DNA from: a bacterium
GTDB lineage: Bacteria; Bacillota; Clostridia; Lachnospirales; Lachnospiraceae
DNA length: 64,000 nt
Direction of reading: 5' to 3'
Assembly: GCA_030539495.1 (NCBI GenBank)
Contig: JAUNRX010000004.1
Coordinates: 8,746-72,745, forward strand
The notes under the pieces were generated by a model that was not told where the DNA came from, searched no databases, and saw only the letters and a list, made by a program, of their open reading frames with translations. The position numbers and the translations under genes were made by a program. Positions 32,087 through 41,986 of the stretch are shown one piece after another; position 1 is the stretch's first letter, and every line of letters begins with the position of its first letter.

Positions 32087-32875
32087 ATGAAAGAGAAAGT
32101 AATCCGCATCCTAAAAAAAGCAAGCATCCTGTTGGTTTTTTGTATAGGAATTTTTGTGTTGTGGCAGGTGGAAGTACAATATGGAACGAAGAAGGCAGAC
32201 ACAGTGAATGCTTATCCACCAATTATAAGTACACCAAATCAACAAGCAAATACAGAGAAGAAGAACAGTAAAAAGGAAGAGGAACAACAGAGCAGTAAAT
32301 CAGAGCTCCTTCCAGCAATTGAACCATTTGTAAAGACCAATAAAGACGTGATTGGCTACATCTCGATTCCGGATACTAATGTAGATTATCCAATTTTAAT
32401 GGGACAAGATAATGACTACTATCTATATCATGACATAGATGGAAATGAGGACAAGGCAGCCTGTATTATGGCCGATTATAAATATAACGACACCAACATA
32501 AGGGACAAGTTTCAAAGGCATACACTCATCTATGGTCATTATTTATTGAAGAAGACCATGTTTACCAGTGTGGCAAAATATAAGGATCAGAAATTTTTTG
32601 AAAGTCATCCATATATTTATTACAGTAATCTTTATAAGACCGGAAAGTGGAGAGTATTTTCTGTCTACGTGATAAATGCAGATCAGGAGACCATTCCACG
32701 AAAGTTTAAAGAAGATGAAAAGTACATAGCCTATTTAAAGAAGATAAAAGAACGATCCAAATACAAAGTAGATGTATCGTTAGACAAGGATTCCAAGATA
32801 CTGACCCTTTGTACTTGCAGCTACGAGACGAAAAATTCTCGTGCAATTGTACATGCTGTCTTAGTAGATGAATAA
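32087..32875 (+). CDS. srtB: Class B sortase
   Basis: N-terminal TM, DYPILMGQDNDYYL, LIYGH, catalytic TLCTC...R. Confidence 0.85.
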   Translation: MKEKVIRILKKASILLVFCIGIFVLWQVEVQYGTKKADTVNAYPPIISTPNQQANTEKKNSKKEEEQQSSKSELLPAIEPFVKTNKDVIGYISIPDTNVDYPILMGQDNDYYLYHDIDGNEDKAACIMADYKYNDTNIRDKFQRHTLIYGHYLLKKTMFTSVAKYKDQKFFESHPYIYYSNLYKTGKWRVFSVYVINADQETIPRKFKEDEKYIAYLKKIKERSKYKVDVSLDKDSKILTLCTCSYETKNSRAIVHAVLVDE

Positions 32876-32936
32876 AAAGGTAAAATAAGGAAATACTCCA
32901 AATAACAAACTAATCAAGTTGTTTGGAGGGTGTCGA

Positions 32937-33776
32937 ATGAACATAAAAGAAACATTGCACATAGATGTAAAACAAATTAAAAACAGTATCTGCAAGAAGC
33001 AGAGTATCAAGAAGTTGAAAGCAGTACTTTATATTGCCTTGCTGGTATGCGTAGGGGTAGGAGTACAGATGGTTGTAAATTATGCTTACCGAGATGAAGG
33101 AAAGATGATTGATGCATTTGCAGGAACAGATGCCAACGTAGTTCAAAGTAAGCTTACGATTGTTGGTAATTATGGCGAGAAGTATATGACCACGGCAGAT
33201 AAGAAGAATATGATTGATTATATTACCGCTAAGTTAAATATCGAGGAATCACTGGATAAGAAAGAAGTAAATGGAGAGACAACAACAAGTGTTATCGCAC
33301 AGAAGCAGGGAAGAAATGCAAATGCAGAAGTGGAATTAATCAGTATCGACTCCAAGGAAGAAAACAGTGCAAAAAAAACCAATCAATATGTATATGTAAA
33401 CATCGAGCTTTATAATGATATTTCAAAAGCAATCGAGTATAAGAATGCAGTCAATACAGCTTATAAGGAGATGGGTATCTCGGATATGAATGCATCGATT
33501 ACATTACAAGGAACCTACGATAGAAGCATTCCATTAGAAGAGCGTAATCGAATTGCAGATCAGTTACTTGAAAAGCTGCAGGCAAAGACAGTAAAAGAGA
33601 ATCGCACAGACAGAACTAACAGTTCCTATACGATTTATGCCTATACTCCTTTGATTGATGATTATATTACAGTAAACGGCAGTCGAGTAAACTTGAATAT
33701 TGTATACACTTATGATAAGGGAGAGGATATTACGACATTATACGTTGCAACTCCAATTCTGAATACCGATTATTAA
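32937..33776 (+). CDS. ywmB: YwmB-family (TATA-box-binding-like fold) exported protein
   Basis: N-terminal TM, YAYTPLIDDYITVNGSRVNLNI...VATPILNTDY C-terminus; location after atpC as in Bacillus. Confidence 0.7.
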   Translation: MNIKETLHIDVKQIKNSICKKQSIKKLKAVLYIALLVCVGVGVQMVVNYAYRDEGKMIDAFAGTDANVVQSKLTIVGNYGEKYMTTADKKNMIDYITAKLNIEESLDKKEVNGETTTSVIAQKQGRNANAEVELISIDSKEENSAKKTNQYVYVNIELYNDISKAIEYKNAVNTAYKEMGISDMNASITLQGTYDRSIPLEERNRIADQLLEKLQAKTVKENRTDRTNSSYTIYAYTPLIDDYITVNGSRVNLNIVYTYDKGEDITTLYVATPILNTDY

Positions 33777-33780
33777 TATA

Positions 33781-33814
33781 AAAAGGTGCTGCTTTAAGTT
33801 AAGCGGCACCTTTT
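33781..33814 (+). terminator. Intrinsic terminator after ywmB
   Basis: AAAAGGTGCTGCTT / AAGCGGCACCTTTT. Confidence 0.8.
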
Positions 33815-33815
33815 T

Positions 33816-33908
33816 ATTTACGCGAACAAGTCGCCAAAGTGATGCTAGCATCACCTTGGCGATTGTCGCGATAGCGAGAGAAACTCGCAGAGCATGTTTC
33901 TTCTCGTT
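33816..33908. repeat. Dispersed palindromic repeat family 2, copy E2, plus a second hairpin
   Basis: ATTTACGCGAACAAGTCGCCAAAGTGATGCTAGCATCACCTTGGCGATTGTCGCG, then GAGAGAAAC...GTTTCTTCTC. Confidence 0.8.
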
Positions 33909-33929
33909 ACATCTGATAAGCCAAAGTTA

Positions 33930-34508
33930 CTAATAAAATCTTGGATAATTATATCTTCGATTATAGTATCTCATGCGTCGATACAGCATTTCATTATATA
34001 GCATAGCTAAAATCATATTACGATACCAGTTTGGACGTCCAAGAGCGGTATAGTCAGGAATTGGGTTTACGGACAATCCTTCTAGTGCGATTGCTTTACT
34101 TAGTTCTAATGCAGTAAGTGGATTGGCAGCAAGCTCTTCTGTTTGTAGTTCAGGATCATCCTTGTCGAGATATTGCATCTTATCATACACAGCGTCGATT
34201 ATAGCATCGAGCTGGATTTTATCAGGCCATTCATCAAACATTGGGCTGCCAGTATGTTCAAGTTTATCACATTCCTCATCTACGGCTTTTTGCACTTTTC
34301 GAACGAGAGAAGGATAGAGGGATTTCATATATTCATAATTCTTTTCATACATACAATAAAGTTCTTCACAGAGGATTCTTTCATTATCCATATTCTGAGC
34401 TTTGATGGTAACAGGTTCAGGCTCAGAAACTGTATTGTTTACCTGATTTTGATTCATATTATTTGTATAATACCTTTTGGGACAGTTCATTCTTCTATAA
34501 GGTCTCAT
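33930..34508 (-). CDS. Hypothetical Tyr/Arg-rich protein, candidate spore coat protein
   Basis: Good RBS (AAGGAG); EEDRIL/YMKSLYP and SPMFDEWPD-like core; RRMRYYNRRYNYPRFY tail; sigma-K-like promoter upstream. Confidence 0.6.
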   Translation of the reverse strand: MRPYRRMNCPKRYYTNNMNQNQVNNTVSEPEPVTIKAQNMDNERILCEELYCMYEKNYEYMKSLYPSLVRKVQKAVDEECDKLEHTGSPMFDEWPDKIQLDAIIDAVYDKMQYLDKDDPELQTEELAANPLTALELSKAIALEGLSVNPIPDYTALGRPNWYRNMILAMLYNEMLYRRMRYYNRRYNYPRFY

Positions 34509-34537
34509 ACAAGCTCCTTACTAAATAATATCAATAC

Positions 34538-34566
34538 TAATATATGCGAAACTGGGGAGACGGTGA
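34538..34566 (-). promoter_or_regulatory. Putative sigma-K (or sigma-E) promoter
   Basis: Minus strand CACC-N15-CATATATTA. Confidence 0.45.
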
Positions 34567-34646
34567 ATGCCCAGAAATCAAATACTTGAACTTTATTATA
34601 AAAGTCGTTACAATGAAACAAATGGACTGATTAGAATGGAGAAATT

Positions 34647-35852
34647 ATGGATCAGAGAATTATTGACGTTTTTATGCGTATTTTAAATATAGACTTAGTA
34701 CAAATTGTGTATAGCAATTCAAGTGACAAAGAGATTTGTCAGAAAATTAAGGTAAGACCTTTATTAATAAAAGACAACTTAGTATACCAGGCAAGTGAAT
34801 ACCGTGGGACAAAGGTATTCCACCAAAACCTGAATGCAGATACAATTCTTGAGTATTTAACGAAAGACAGTGAAAAGGATGTAACATTTGGACAAATCGT
34901 AGTGGAGACAAAAGCGGAAACCATTACGATTTTAGTAAGTAAAAAAGGAAAAGTAACGATTAAAAGCAAAAAGGTGAATGGACAAGCAAAAAAATCAAAC
35001 CTAGAGCATAATCGTAGCAAACAATATATCTTACCAGAAGGAACTCAAGTTCCATTTTTAGTAGATTTAGGGGTTATGACAAAAGAAGGGAAAATCGTAC
35101 AATCCAAGTATGATAAATACCGTCAGATTAATCGATTTTTAGAGTTTATTGAAGATGTATTACCAAGCTTGCCAAAAGACGAGCCAGTTACCATCTTAGA
35201 CTTCGGATGTGGAAAGTCCTATTTAACATTTGCAATGTATTATTATCTTAAGGTTTTAAAGGGCTATGAGATTAAGATCGTAGGATTAGACTTAAAGAAA
35301 GATGTTATTGAGACGTGCAATAACTTAGCGAAGAAATATGGATATGAAGAGATGCAGTTCTTAGAAGGGGATATCGCCTCCTATTCAGGAGTAGATAAGA
35401 TCGACATGGTAGTTACACTCCATGCCTGTGATACAGCAACAGATTATGCATTATATAAAGCAATCTGCTGGAATGCAAAAGTTATCTTATCCGTACCATG
35501 CTGTCAGCATGAATTAAATAAACAGATGAAGAACACGCCACTTGAACAGTTATTCCAATATGGTCTGATTAAGGAACGTAGCGCTGCATTATTTACAGAT
35601 GCGATACGTGCAAACTTATTAGAGCAATGGGGATATAAGACACAAATCTTAGAGTTTATTGATATGTCTCATACTCCTAAGAATATATTGATTCGTGCCG
35701 TAAAGGATCAGACTAAACCAAAGACACAGCATAAGAAGATAACAAAGAAGGGGCAGAGTGAATTAACTTATAACCAAATACTTGAATACTTTAACATTCA
35801 CCCAACTTTAGATCGATTATTAAAGGAACATGCAGAGACTTTAGAGAAATAA
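34647..35852 (+). CDS. Class I SAM-dependent methyltransferase
   Basis: ILDFGCGKSYLTF, LHACDTATD, VPCCQHE motifs. Confidence 0.88.
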   Translation: MDQRIIDVFMRILNIDLVQIVYSNSSDKEICQKIKVRPLLIKDNLVYQASEYRGTKVFHQNLNADTILEYLTKDSEKDVTFGQIVVETKAETITILVSKKGKVTIKSKKVNGQAKKSNLEHNRSKQYILPEGTQVPFLVDLGVMTKEGKIVQSKYDKYRQINRFLEFIEDVLPSLPKDEPVTILDFGCGKSYLTFAMYYYLKVLKGYEIKIVGLDLKKDVIETCNNLAKKYGYEEMQFLEGDIASYSGVDKIDMVVTLHACDTATDYALYKAICWNAKVILSVPCCQHELNKQMKNTPLEQLFQYGLIKERSAALFTDAIRANLLEQWGYKTQILEFIDMSHTPKNILIRAVKDQTKPKTQHKKITKKGQSELTYNQILEYFNIHPTLDRLLKEHAETLEK

Positions 35853-35876
35853 AGAGAGAAAGGTTTGGTTTAGAGT

Positions 35877-38519
35877 ATGAAGTATTTTACTAAGATACTT
35901 GTATTATTCGCGGTGTTCGTGACTTCCATCTGGTATTTCGGAACCAATATGAGAGTGGAAACGTACTCCGTGCAAAAATCCATTGATATGGGGGACTCCA
36001 CATTTCCAAGTGTGAGTATGTTGACGGATAAAAATGAAGAAATAAATATGTTGTCAGGATATGCAGGAAATGTCGACAGCAATAATTTTAGAGATGCAAT
36101 GATGCCTTTAGATACTTCTAATACCGTAAAGATCTTAATCCGTGAAAATGAAACTACAGTTAAGAAGTTAAACTATGACGTGATTGATATCGGTACAGAT
36201 GAGGTGCTTTTCTCAAATAGTATAAGTGCATTAGATACTGAAAAAGAAGGAAAAGCGGCAAATCTAAAGATTACTGCAGATTTAGAAAGTGGCAAAGAAT
36301 ACTCTCTTAAGATAACATTAATAACAGAAGAATCAAAAAAGATTAGCTATTTCTGTCGTATCAAACCAACAGATACGCCACATATTACAGAAAAGCTAAA
36401 ATTTATCATGGACTTCCACAATGCTACATTTAATGCGGAAGCATTTAATGCATATAAGAGCTATCTTGAGGTAGACTCCAAAAAGGCAGGAAAGTCTCTG
36501 TTAGATGTTAATATCAACTCCAGTGTAGCAGATGTTACTTGGGTTGGAATGAAACCAAAAGTGGTGTCTAGCATTATACCAACGATTAAAGAAATCAATG
36601 CCGATACAATATCCGTACAGCTTAAGTATTTAGTAAAAGGAACAATTAAAAAGACATCATCCGATGGAGAAGAAGTGTTAGAGGATGAAAAACATAGCGA
36701 TGTGTTAGCAGAAGAGGCAGTCTATGTGGTAACAGAGTTTTATCGTATTCGATATACGGCGGACCGTACGTATCTTTTAAAATGGTCTCGTACAATGGAT
36801 GCCAATTATGATTTCACAAAGTTTAATCCAAGCAATGCGATTACTTCAAAATCTAACTTTATCAGCTTAGGGTTAACAGACAGTACCAATACTCAAGTAG
36901 TTTCCACAGATAATAATAAAAAGCTTGCTTTTGTAGATCATGGAACCCTTTGGTATTACGATATTGAGAATAATACGATCATTTCTGTACTGACTTATCA
37001 GGATCAGATCGACAAATATTATTCTTCAGCATATGACAGCTATAATATCAAGGTACTCGACATTAATGAGGCAGGGGACATTAACTTTATTGTATATGGC
37101 TATATAAGTAAAGGGGATTATGAAGGAAGAGTCGGAATGATCCTTTATAAATATATTGCCAGTGAGGAACGTATTGAGGAACAGCTCTATATTCCAATTG
37201 AACGTCCTTATGAAGTCATTGAGAGTGAAATGGATGGGCTTTATTACCTTAGTGATTTAAACGTGTTCTATTTCTCAATCAACAACTCCTTATATTCTTA
37301 TAATATTAATACAAGAAAGTTACAGACCATTTCAGATGATGTAACAAGCAGATCCTTAGTATTATCCACAAGAGGGCAGTTTGTAGCATGGCAGGAATCA
37401 AGCAACATTCGTAAGAATACAAAGCTTAATATTTTAAACCTTGAGACGGAACAGAAGTATGAATTAACATCGAAGGGTAAGGAGAGAATTGCCCTGTTAG
37501 CTATGTCAGATACCTATGTAATCTATGGTTTTGTAAAGGAAGATGATATTGCTACCTTAGCCGATTCGTCTACAGTTTATCCAATGAAAGAAATCAATAT
37601 TGTAGATTCTATGGGCAATATCCTTAAGAAGTATCGACCAAACAAAGGATATATTACAGATGTTAAGGTCTCTGATACGTCAATTGATCTTACATTAATG
37701 AAGAAGTCTTCTTCTGAAGGTTATGTGCCAAATGGCAAGGACTACATTGTAAATAAGATTCCAACGGAGACAAGTTCTATTGCGTTAAGTACGGTAGAGT
37801 TAGCACCAGGATATAAGCAGGTGAGAGTATCGCTTCCAACGAACTTTAAAGATCTGTTGCCAGAGCAGAAAGATCAAAAGAAGCCGGACTATACTCCGTC
37901 AGTTAAGAAAACCAAGAGTACGATGATTAATGAAGATACGACTGTTCAGGTACAAACCGAAGATAGCAATGAAGTGAAGTATTACGCATATGCAAGCGGT
38001 GAACTGCAAAAAGTATATGGCAAGGCTTCTGATGCAATTTTATATGCCGATGAGAATATGGGCGTAGTCGTAGACAGTAATAATCATATTATTTGGGAAC
38101 GTGGAGAGACTGATAGTAGTTCCTCCTTATCAAATATGAGCCAGATTAAGACAGGAAGTGGTGTAGACAGCACAGGTGCTTGTGTTGCTATGCTATTAAA
38201 ATATAATCATATTTCCGTTGATGCAAAAGACGTATCTAAGACAAATAAGTCAATGTACGAGCTAATCAAAGAGAATATGGATCATGCCCCTGTAAACTTA
38301 ACAGGATGTAAGCTTTCCGAAGTATTATATTATGTAAGTCATAAGAAACCTGTGATTGCAATGAGAAATAAATCCGATGCAGTCCTTATTACAGGATATT
38401 CAGAGTCTAGCGTGACATATTATGATCCGAGAGATGGAAAGTCAGTAACAAAAGGACTTACAGAAGTAGAAAAGATGTTTGAAAATGCAGGTAATGTTTT
38501 TATGAGCTATACGAAGTAA
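35877..38519 (+). CDS. Large membrane-anchored extracellular protein with a C-terminal degenerate C39-peptidase-like domain
   Basis: N-terminal TM; repeated beta-strand blades in the middle; C-terminal STGACVAMLLKY...KPVIA...AVLITGY...YYDP. Confidence 0.55.
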   Translation: MKYFTKILVLFAVFVTSIWYFGTNMRVETYSVQKSIDMGDSTFPSVSMLTDKNEEINMLSGYAGNVDSNNFRDAMMPLDTSNTVKILIRENETTVKKLNYDVIDIGTDEVLFSNSISALDTEKEGKAANLKITADLESGKEYSLKITLITEESKKISYFCRIKPTDTPHITEKLKFIMDFHNATFNAEAFNAYKSYLEVDSKKAGKSLLDVNINSSVADVTWVGMKPKVVSSIIPTIKEINADTISVQLKYLVKGTIKKTSSDGEEVLEDEKHSDVLAEEAVYVVTEFYRIRYTADRTYLLKWSRTMDANYDFTKFNPSNAITSKSNFISLGLTDSTNTQVVSTDNNKKLAFVDHGTLWYYDIENNTIISVLTYQDQIDKYYSSAYDSYNIKVLDINEAGDINFIVYGYISKGDYEGRVGMILYKYIASEERIEEQLYIPIERPYEVIESEMDGLYYLSDLNVFYFSINNSLYSYNINTRKLQTISDDVTSRSLVLSTRGQFVAWQESSNIRKNTKLNILNLETEQKYELTSKGKERIALLAMSDTYVIYGFVKEDDIATLADSSTVYPMKEINIVDSMGNILKKYRPNKGYITDVKVSDTSIDLTLMKKSSSEGYVPNGKDYIVNKIPTETSSIALSTVELAPGYKQVRVSLPTNFKDLLPEQKDQKKPDYTPSVKKTKSTMINEDTTVQVQTEDSNEVKYYAYASGELQKVYGKASDAILYADENMGVVVDSNNHIIWERGETDSSSSLSNMSQIKTGSGVDSTGACVAMLLKYNHISVDAKDVSKTNKSMYELIKENMDHAPVNLTGCKLSEVLYYVSHKKPVIAMRNKSDAVLITGYSESSVTYYDPRDGKSVTKGLTEVEKMFENAGNVFMSYTK

Positions 38520-38551
38520 GAAACATGGTGTATTAGGAAAGGAGTAGTTGT

Positions 38552-39667
38552 ATGGACGAGAGAATAAAGAAACTTGCGGCGACCATTGTGAATTATTCCA
38601 TGCAGGTGAAAGCCAATGATAAAGTATATATTGACTATATTGGTGAAAGTACCGAAGGGTTGGCTAGACAGATTATTAAGGAAGTATACAAAGTAGGGGG
38701 AATTCCATTTCCTCACTTTACTTCCCAGAAAGTCTTAAGAGAAGTACTCTTACATTGTACGAAGGAACAGATTCAGCTAATGGGTGAAGTCGCTGCGAAA
38801 GAGATGGAAGCCATGGATTGCTATGTCGGTATACGTGGAAGTGAAAATGCAACAGAACTTTCAGACGTACCAGGCGAAAAAATGAAGCTGTATGATGTTT
38901 ACTATCAGACTCCGGTACACCATGATATTCGTGTAAAAAAATTACGCTGGGTTGTACTAAGATATCCAAACAGTGCAATGGCTCAGCTTGCAGGTACCAG
39001 CTTAGAAGCATTTGAAGATTTCTATTTTGATGTCTGTAACTTAGACTATGCGAAGATGGGAAAGGCAATGGATCATCTGGTAGACTATATGAACCGAACA
39101 GATCGTGTTCGTATTGTAGGACCAGGCACAGACTTATCCTTTTCAATTAAAGATATTAAAGCGATTAAATGTAGCGGCGATATGAATATACCGGACGGAG
39201 AAGTATATACTGCGCCAGTTCGTAACTCAATCAATGGAACATTAACGTATAATACTCCGGCAGTATTTCAGGGGTTCACCTATGAAAACATCTGCTTAGA
39301 ATTTAAAGATGGCAAGATTATAAATGCAACGGCAAATGATACAGAACGTATTAATGAAATCTTTGACCGTGATGAAGGTGCTAGATATATTGGCGAGTTT
39401 GCAATCGGTGTAAACCCTTATATTACAAAGCCGATGAAAGATACTCTATTTGATGAGAAAATCAAAGGAAGCTTTCACTTTACTCCAGGCAACTGTTATG
39501 AAGATGCTTATAATGGAAATAAGAGTTCGATTCACTGGGATCTGGTATGCATTCAGACTCCAGAATACGGTGGCGGAGAGATGTATTTTGATGACGTTCT
39601 TATCCGTAAAGATGGTCGTTTTATCGTAGAAGAGCTAAAAGGATTAAATCCAGAAGAGCTAGTATAA
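38552..39667 (+). CDS. Aminopeptidase, M29 (AmpS/PepS) family
   Basis: NIPDGEVYTAP, GEFAIGVNP, LFDEKIKGSFHFTPG, SSIHWDLV. Confidence 0.92.
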   Translation: MDERIKKLAATIVNYSMQVKANDKVYIDYIGESTEGLARQIIKEVYKVGGIPFPHFTSQKVLREVLLHCTKEQIQLMGEVAAKEMEAMDCYVGIRGSENATELSDVPGEKMKLYDVYYQTPVHHDIRVKKLRWVVLRYPNSAMAQLAGTSLEAFEDFYFDVCNLDYAKMGKAMDHLVDYMNRTDRVRIVGPGTDLSFSIKDIKAIKCSGDMNIPDGEVYTAPVRNSINGTLTYNTPAVFQGFTYENICLEFKDGKIINATANDTERINEIFDRDEGARYIGEFAIGVNPYITKPMKDTLFDEKIKGSFHFTPGNCYEDAYNGNKSSIHWDLVCIQTPEYGGGEMYFDDVLIRKDGRFIVEELKGLNPEELV

Positions 39668-39681
39668 AAAACAGCAGAAAG

Positions 39682-39723
39682 AAGGAAGCATAAGAGAGCA
39701 TAATTGCTTATGCTTCCTTTTTT
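39682..39723 (+). terminator. Intrinsic terminator after aminopeptidase
   Basis: AAGGAAGCATAAG / CTTATGCTTCCTT plus T-tract. Confidence 0.8.
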
Positions 39724-39806
39724 AATTAATAGGGGATTTCGAGAAAAATCCCCTATTAATTAAAAAACGCCCTAAAAGAAGGGCTAGAATACACACTCAG
39801 CTGAAA
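39718..39806 (+). repeat. Dispersed repeat family 1, copy A
   Basis: TAATAGGGGATTT-CGAGAA-AAATCCCCTATTA hairpin, GCCCT/AGGGC hairpin, core CACACTCAGCTGAAA; strongly similar to 60675-60768. Confidence 0.85.
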
Positions 39807-40060
39807 TACTTATTTTTTGATAGAATACATAATTTTTTGAGATAAAGAAAGAGTTCCGAATATTGTAACAAATGGATAAATAAACCATGTTGGTAAACTA
39901 TAGAAGAATGAAACCAATTGTTGTATAATAGATTCTATAAATTGGTTTGTTTTACGTTATGAATAAGTAATTTGATTTTGTCGTATTACTATAACGAGTA
40001 TTCTGACCAGGGGTAGTATTGTACCTGAACTAGAAACTAGAAGATAGGAGGTACACACAC

Positions 40061-41233
40061 ATGAAACGTGTATTTTTGATTGTATTAGATAGTGTTGGTA
40101 TTGGGGAACTTCCTGATGCAGCATTATATCATGATGAAGGAAGTAACACATTACGTGCAGCATCCACAAATGCAAACTTCAGCATGCCAAATATGGAAAA
40201 GTTAGGCCTTTTCAATATTGACGGTGTGGAAGTTATGGATGATAAAAAGCATGGAGTAACACCAACTGGCGTTTATGGCAGAATGAAGGAAGCTTCTAAA
40301 GGAAAAGATACAACAATTGGCCACTGGGAGATCTCTGGAATTATATCAGAAGAACCATTACCAACATTCCCAAATGGTTTCCCAAGAGAATTACTAGATG
40401 AGTTCGAAAAGGAAACAGGCCGTAAGGTAATCTGTAACAAACCATACTCTGGTACAGAAGTAATCAAGGATTACGGAAAAGAGCATGTAGAAACAGGTGC
40501 ACTTATTGTTTATACATCTGCTGACAGCGTATTCCAAATCGCTGCACATGAAAGCGTAGTTCCAATTGAAACATTATATGAGTACTGTGAAATCGCAAGA
40601 AGATTATGTACAGGAAAATATGGCGTTGGTCGTGTAATTGCTCGTCCATTTGAAGGAGAAGAAGGCAATTACCAAAGAACTGCAAGAAGACATGATTATT
40701 CATTACAACCACCACAAAATACAATGCTTGATACGTTGAAACGTGAAGGCTATGATGTAATTGCTGTAGGAAAGATTAGTGATATCTTTGCTGGAAAAGG
40801 AATTACAGAAGCTGTGCGTACCAAAGACAATGCAGAAGGCATCGAAAGAACTATCGAGTACTTAGACAAAGATTTTAACGGATTATGTTTTATTAATTTA
40901 GTTGATTTCGATATGAAATATGGTCATCGTAATGATGTAGAAGGATATGCAAAAGCTCTTACTTATTTTGATAGTAAGCTTCCAGAAATCATGGCAGGGA
41001 TGAAAGAAGACGATATCTTGATGATTACTGCAGATCATGGATGTGATCCAAGTACTCCATCTACTGACCATTCAAGAGAACATACACCTCTTGTTGTATA
41101 CGGAAAGAAATTAAAAGAAAATGTTAACCTTGGAACAAAAGAGACATTTTCTGATATTGGAGCAACAGTTTTAGATTACTTTGGTTTAAATGTAGATACC
41201 AAAGGAACATCTATATTAAAAGAAATGCTATAA
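40061..41233 (+). CDS. deoB: Phosphopentomutase
   Basis: VLDSVGIG, GKDTTIGHWE, NLVDFDMKYGHRND, TADHGCDP, DHSRE. Confidence 0.96.
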   Translation: MKRVFLIVLDSVGIGELPDAALYHDEGSNTLRAASTNANFSMPNMEKLGLFNIDGVEVMDDKKHGVTPTGVYGRMKEASKGKDTTIGHWEISGIISEEPLPTFPNGFPRELLDEFEKETGRKVICNKPYSGTEVIKDYGKEHVETGALIVYTSADSVFQIAAHESVVPIETLYEYCEIARRLCTGKYGVGRVIARPFEGEEGNYQRTARRHDYSLQPPQNTMLDTLKREGYDVIAVGKISDIFAGKGITEAVRTKDNAEGIERTIEYLDKDFNGLCFINLVDFDMKYGHRNDVEGYAKALTYFDSKLPEIMAGMKEDDILMITADHGCDPSTPSTDHSREHTPLVVYGKKLKENVNLGTKETFSDIGATVLDYFGLNVDTKGTSILKEML

Positions 41234-41263
41234 TAGATATTTATTACAAGGAGGACTTATATT

Positions 41264-41965
41264 ATGTCAACACCACATAACGCGGCCGTTGAAGGCCAAA
41301 TTGCAAAGACAGTATTAATGCCAGGAGATCCATTACGTGCGAAGTATATCGCTGAAACTTACCTTGAAAATGTAGAATGTTTCAATACAGTTCGTAATAT
41401 GTTTGGTTACACAGGAACTTACAAAGGCAAACAAATCAGTGTAATGGGCGGCGGAATGGGTATCCCATCAATCGGCATTTACTCTTATGAATTATACAGC
41501 TTCTATGGCGTAGAAAACATTATCCGTATCGGTTCTGCTGGCGGTATTCAAGACGATGTTAAAGTTCGCGATATCGTAATCGGTATGGGCGCTTGTACAG
41601 ACTCTAACTTCGCAAGCCAATATGGCTTACCAGGAACATTTGCTCCAACTGCAAGTTATGAATTACTTGAAAAAGCGACAACAATTGCAAAAGAAAAGAA
41701 CTACAAGACAGTTGTTGGTAACGTATTATCTTCAGATGTATTCTACAATGCAAACAAATCAGCAAATGATCAATGGAAAGAGATGGGCGTTCTTTGCGTA
41801 GAAATGGAAGCAGCAGGTCTTTACATGAACGCAGCTAAATTAGGTAAGAAAGCATTAGCAATCCTTACAATCAGTGATCATTTATATACAGGAGAATCTT
41901 TATCCGCAGAAGACAGACAAAATACTTTTAACGAAATGATGGAAATTGCTTTAGAAATGGCATAA
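41264..41965 (+). CDS. deoD: Purine nucleoside phosphorylase (hexameric DeoD type)
   Basis: MPGDPLRAKYIA, GMGIPSIGIYSYEL, VEMEAAGLY. Confidence 0.96.
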   Translation: MSTPHNAAVEGQIAKTVLMPGDPLRAKYIAETYLENVECFNTVRNMFGYTGTYKGKQISVMGGGMGIPSIGIYSYELYSFYGVENIIRIGSAGGIQDDVKVRDIVIGMGACTDSNFASQYGLPGTFAPTASYELLEKATTIAKEKNYKTVVGNVLSSDVFYNANKSANDQWKEMGVLCVEMEAAGLYMNAAKLGKKALAILTISDHLYTGESLSAEDRQNTFNEMMEIALEMA

Positions 41966-41986
41966 TACCACAGGGGGATAAGAAAG

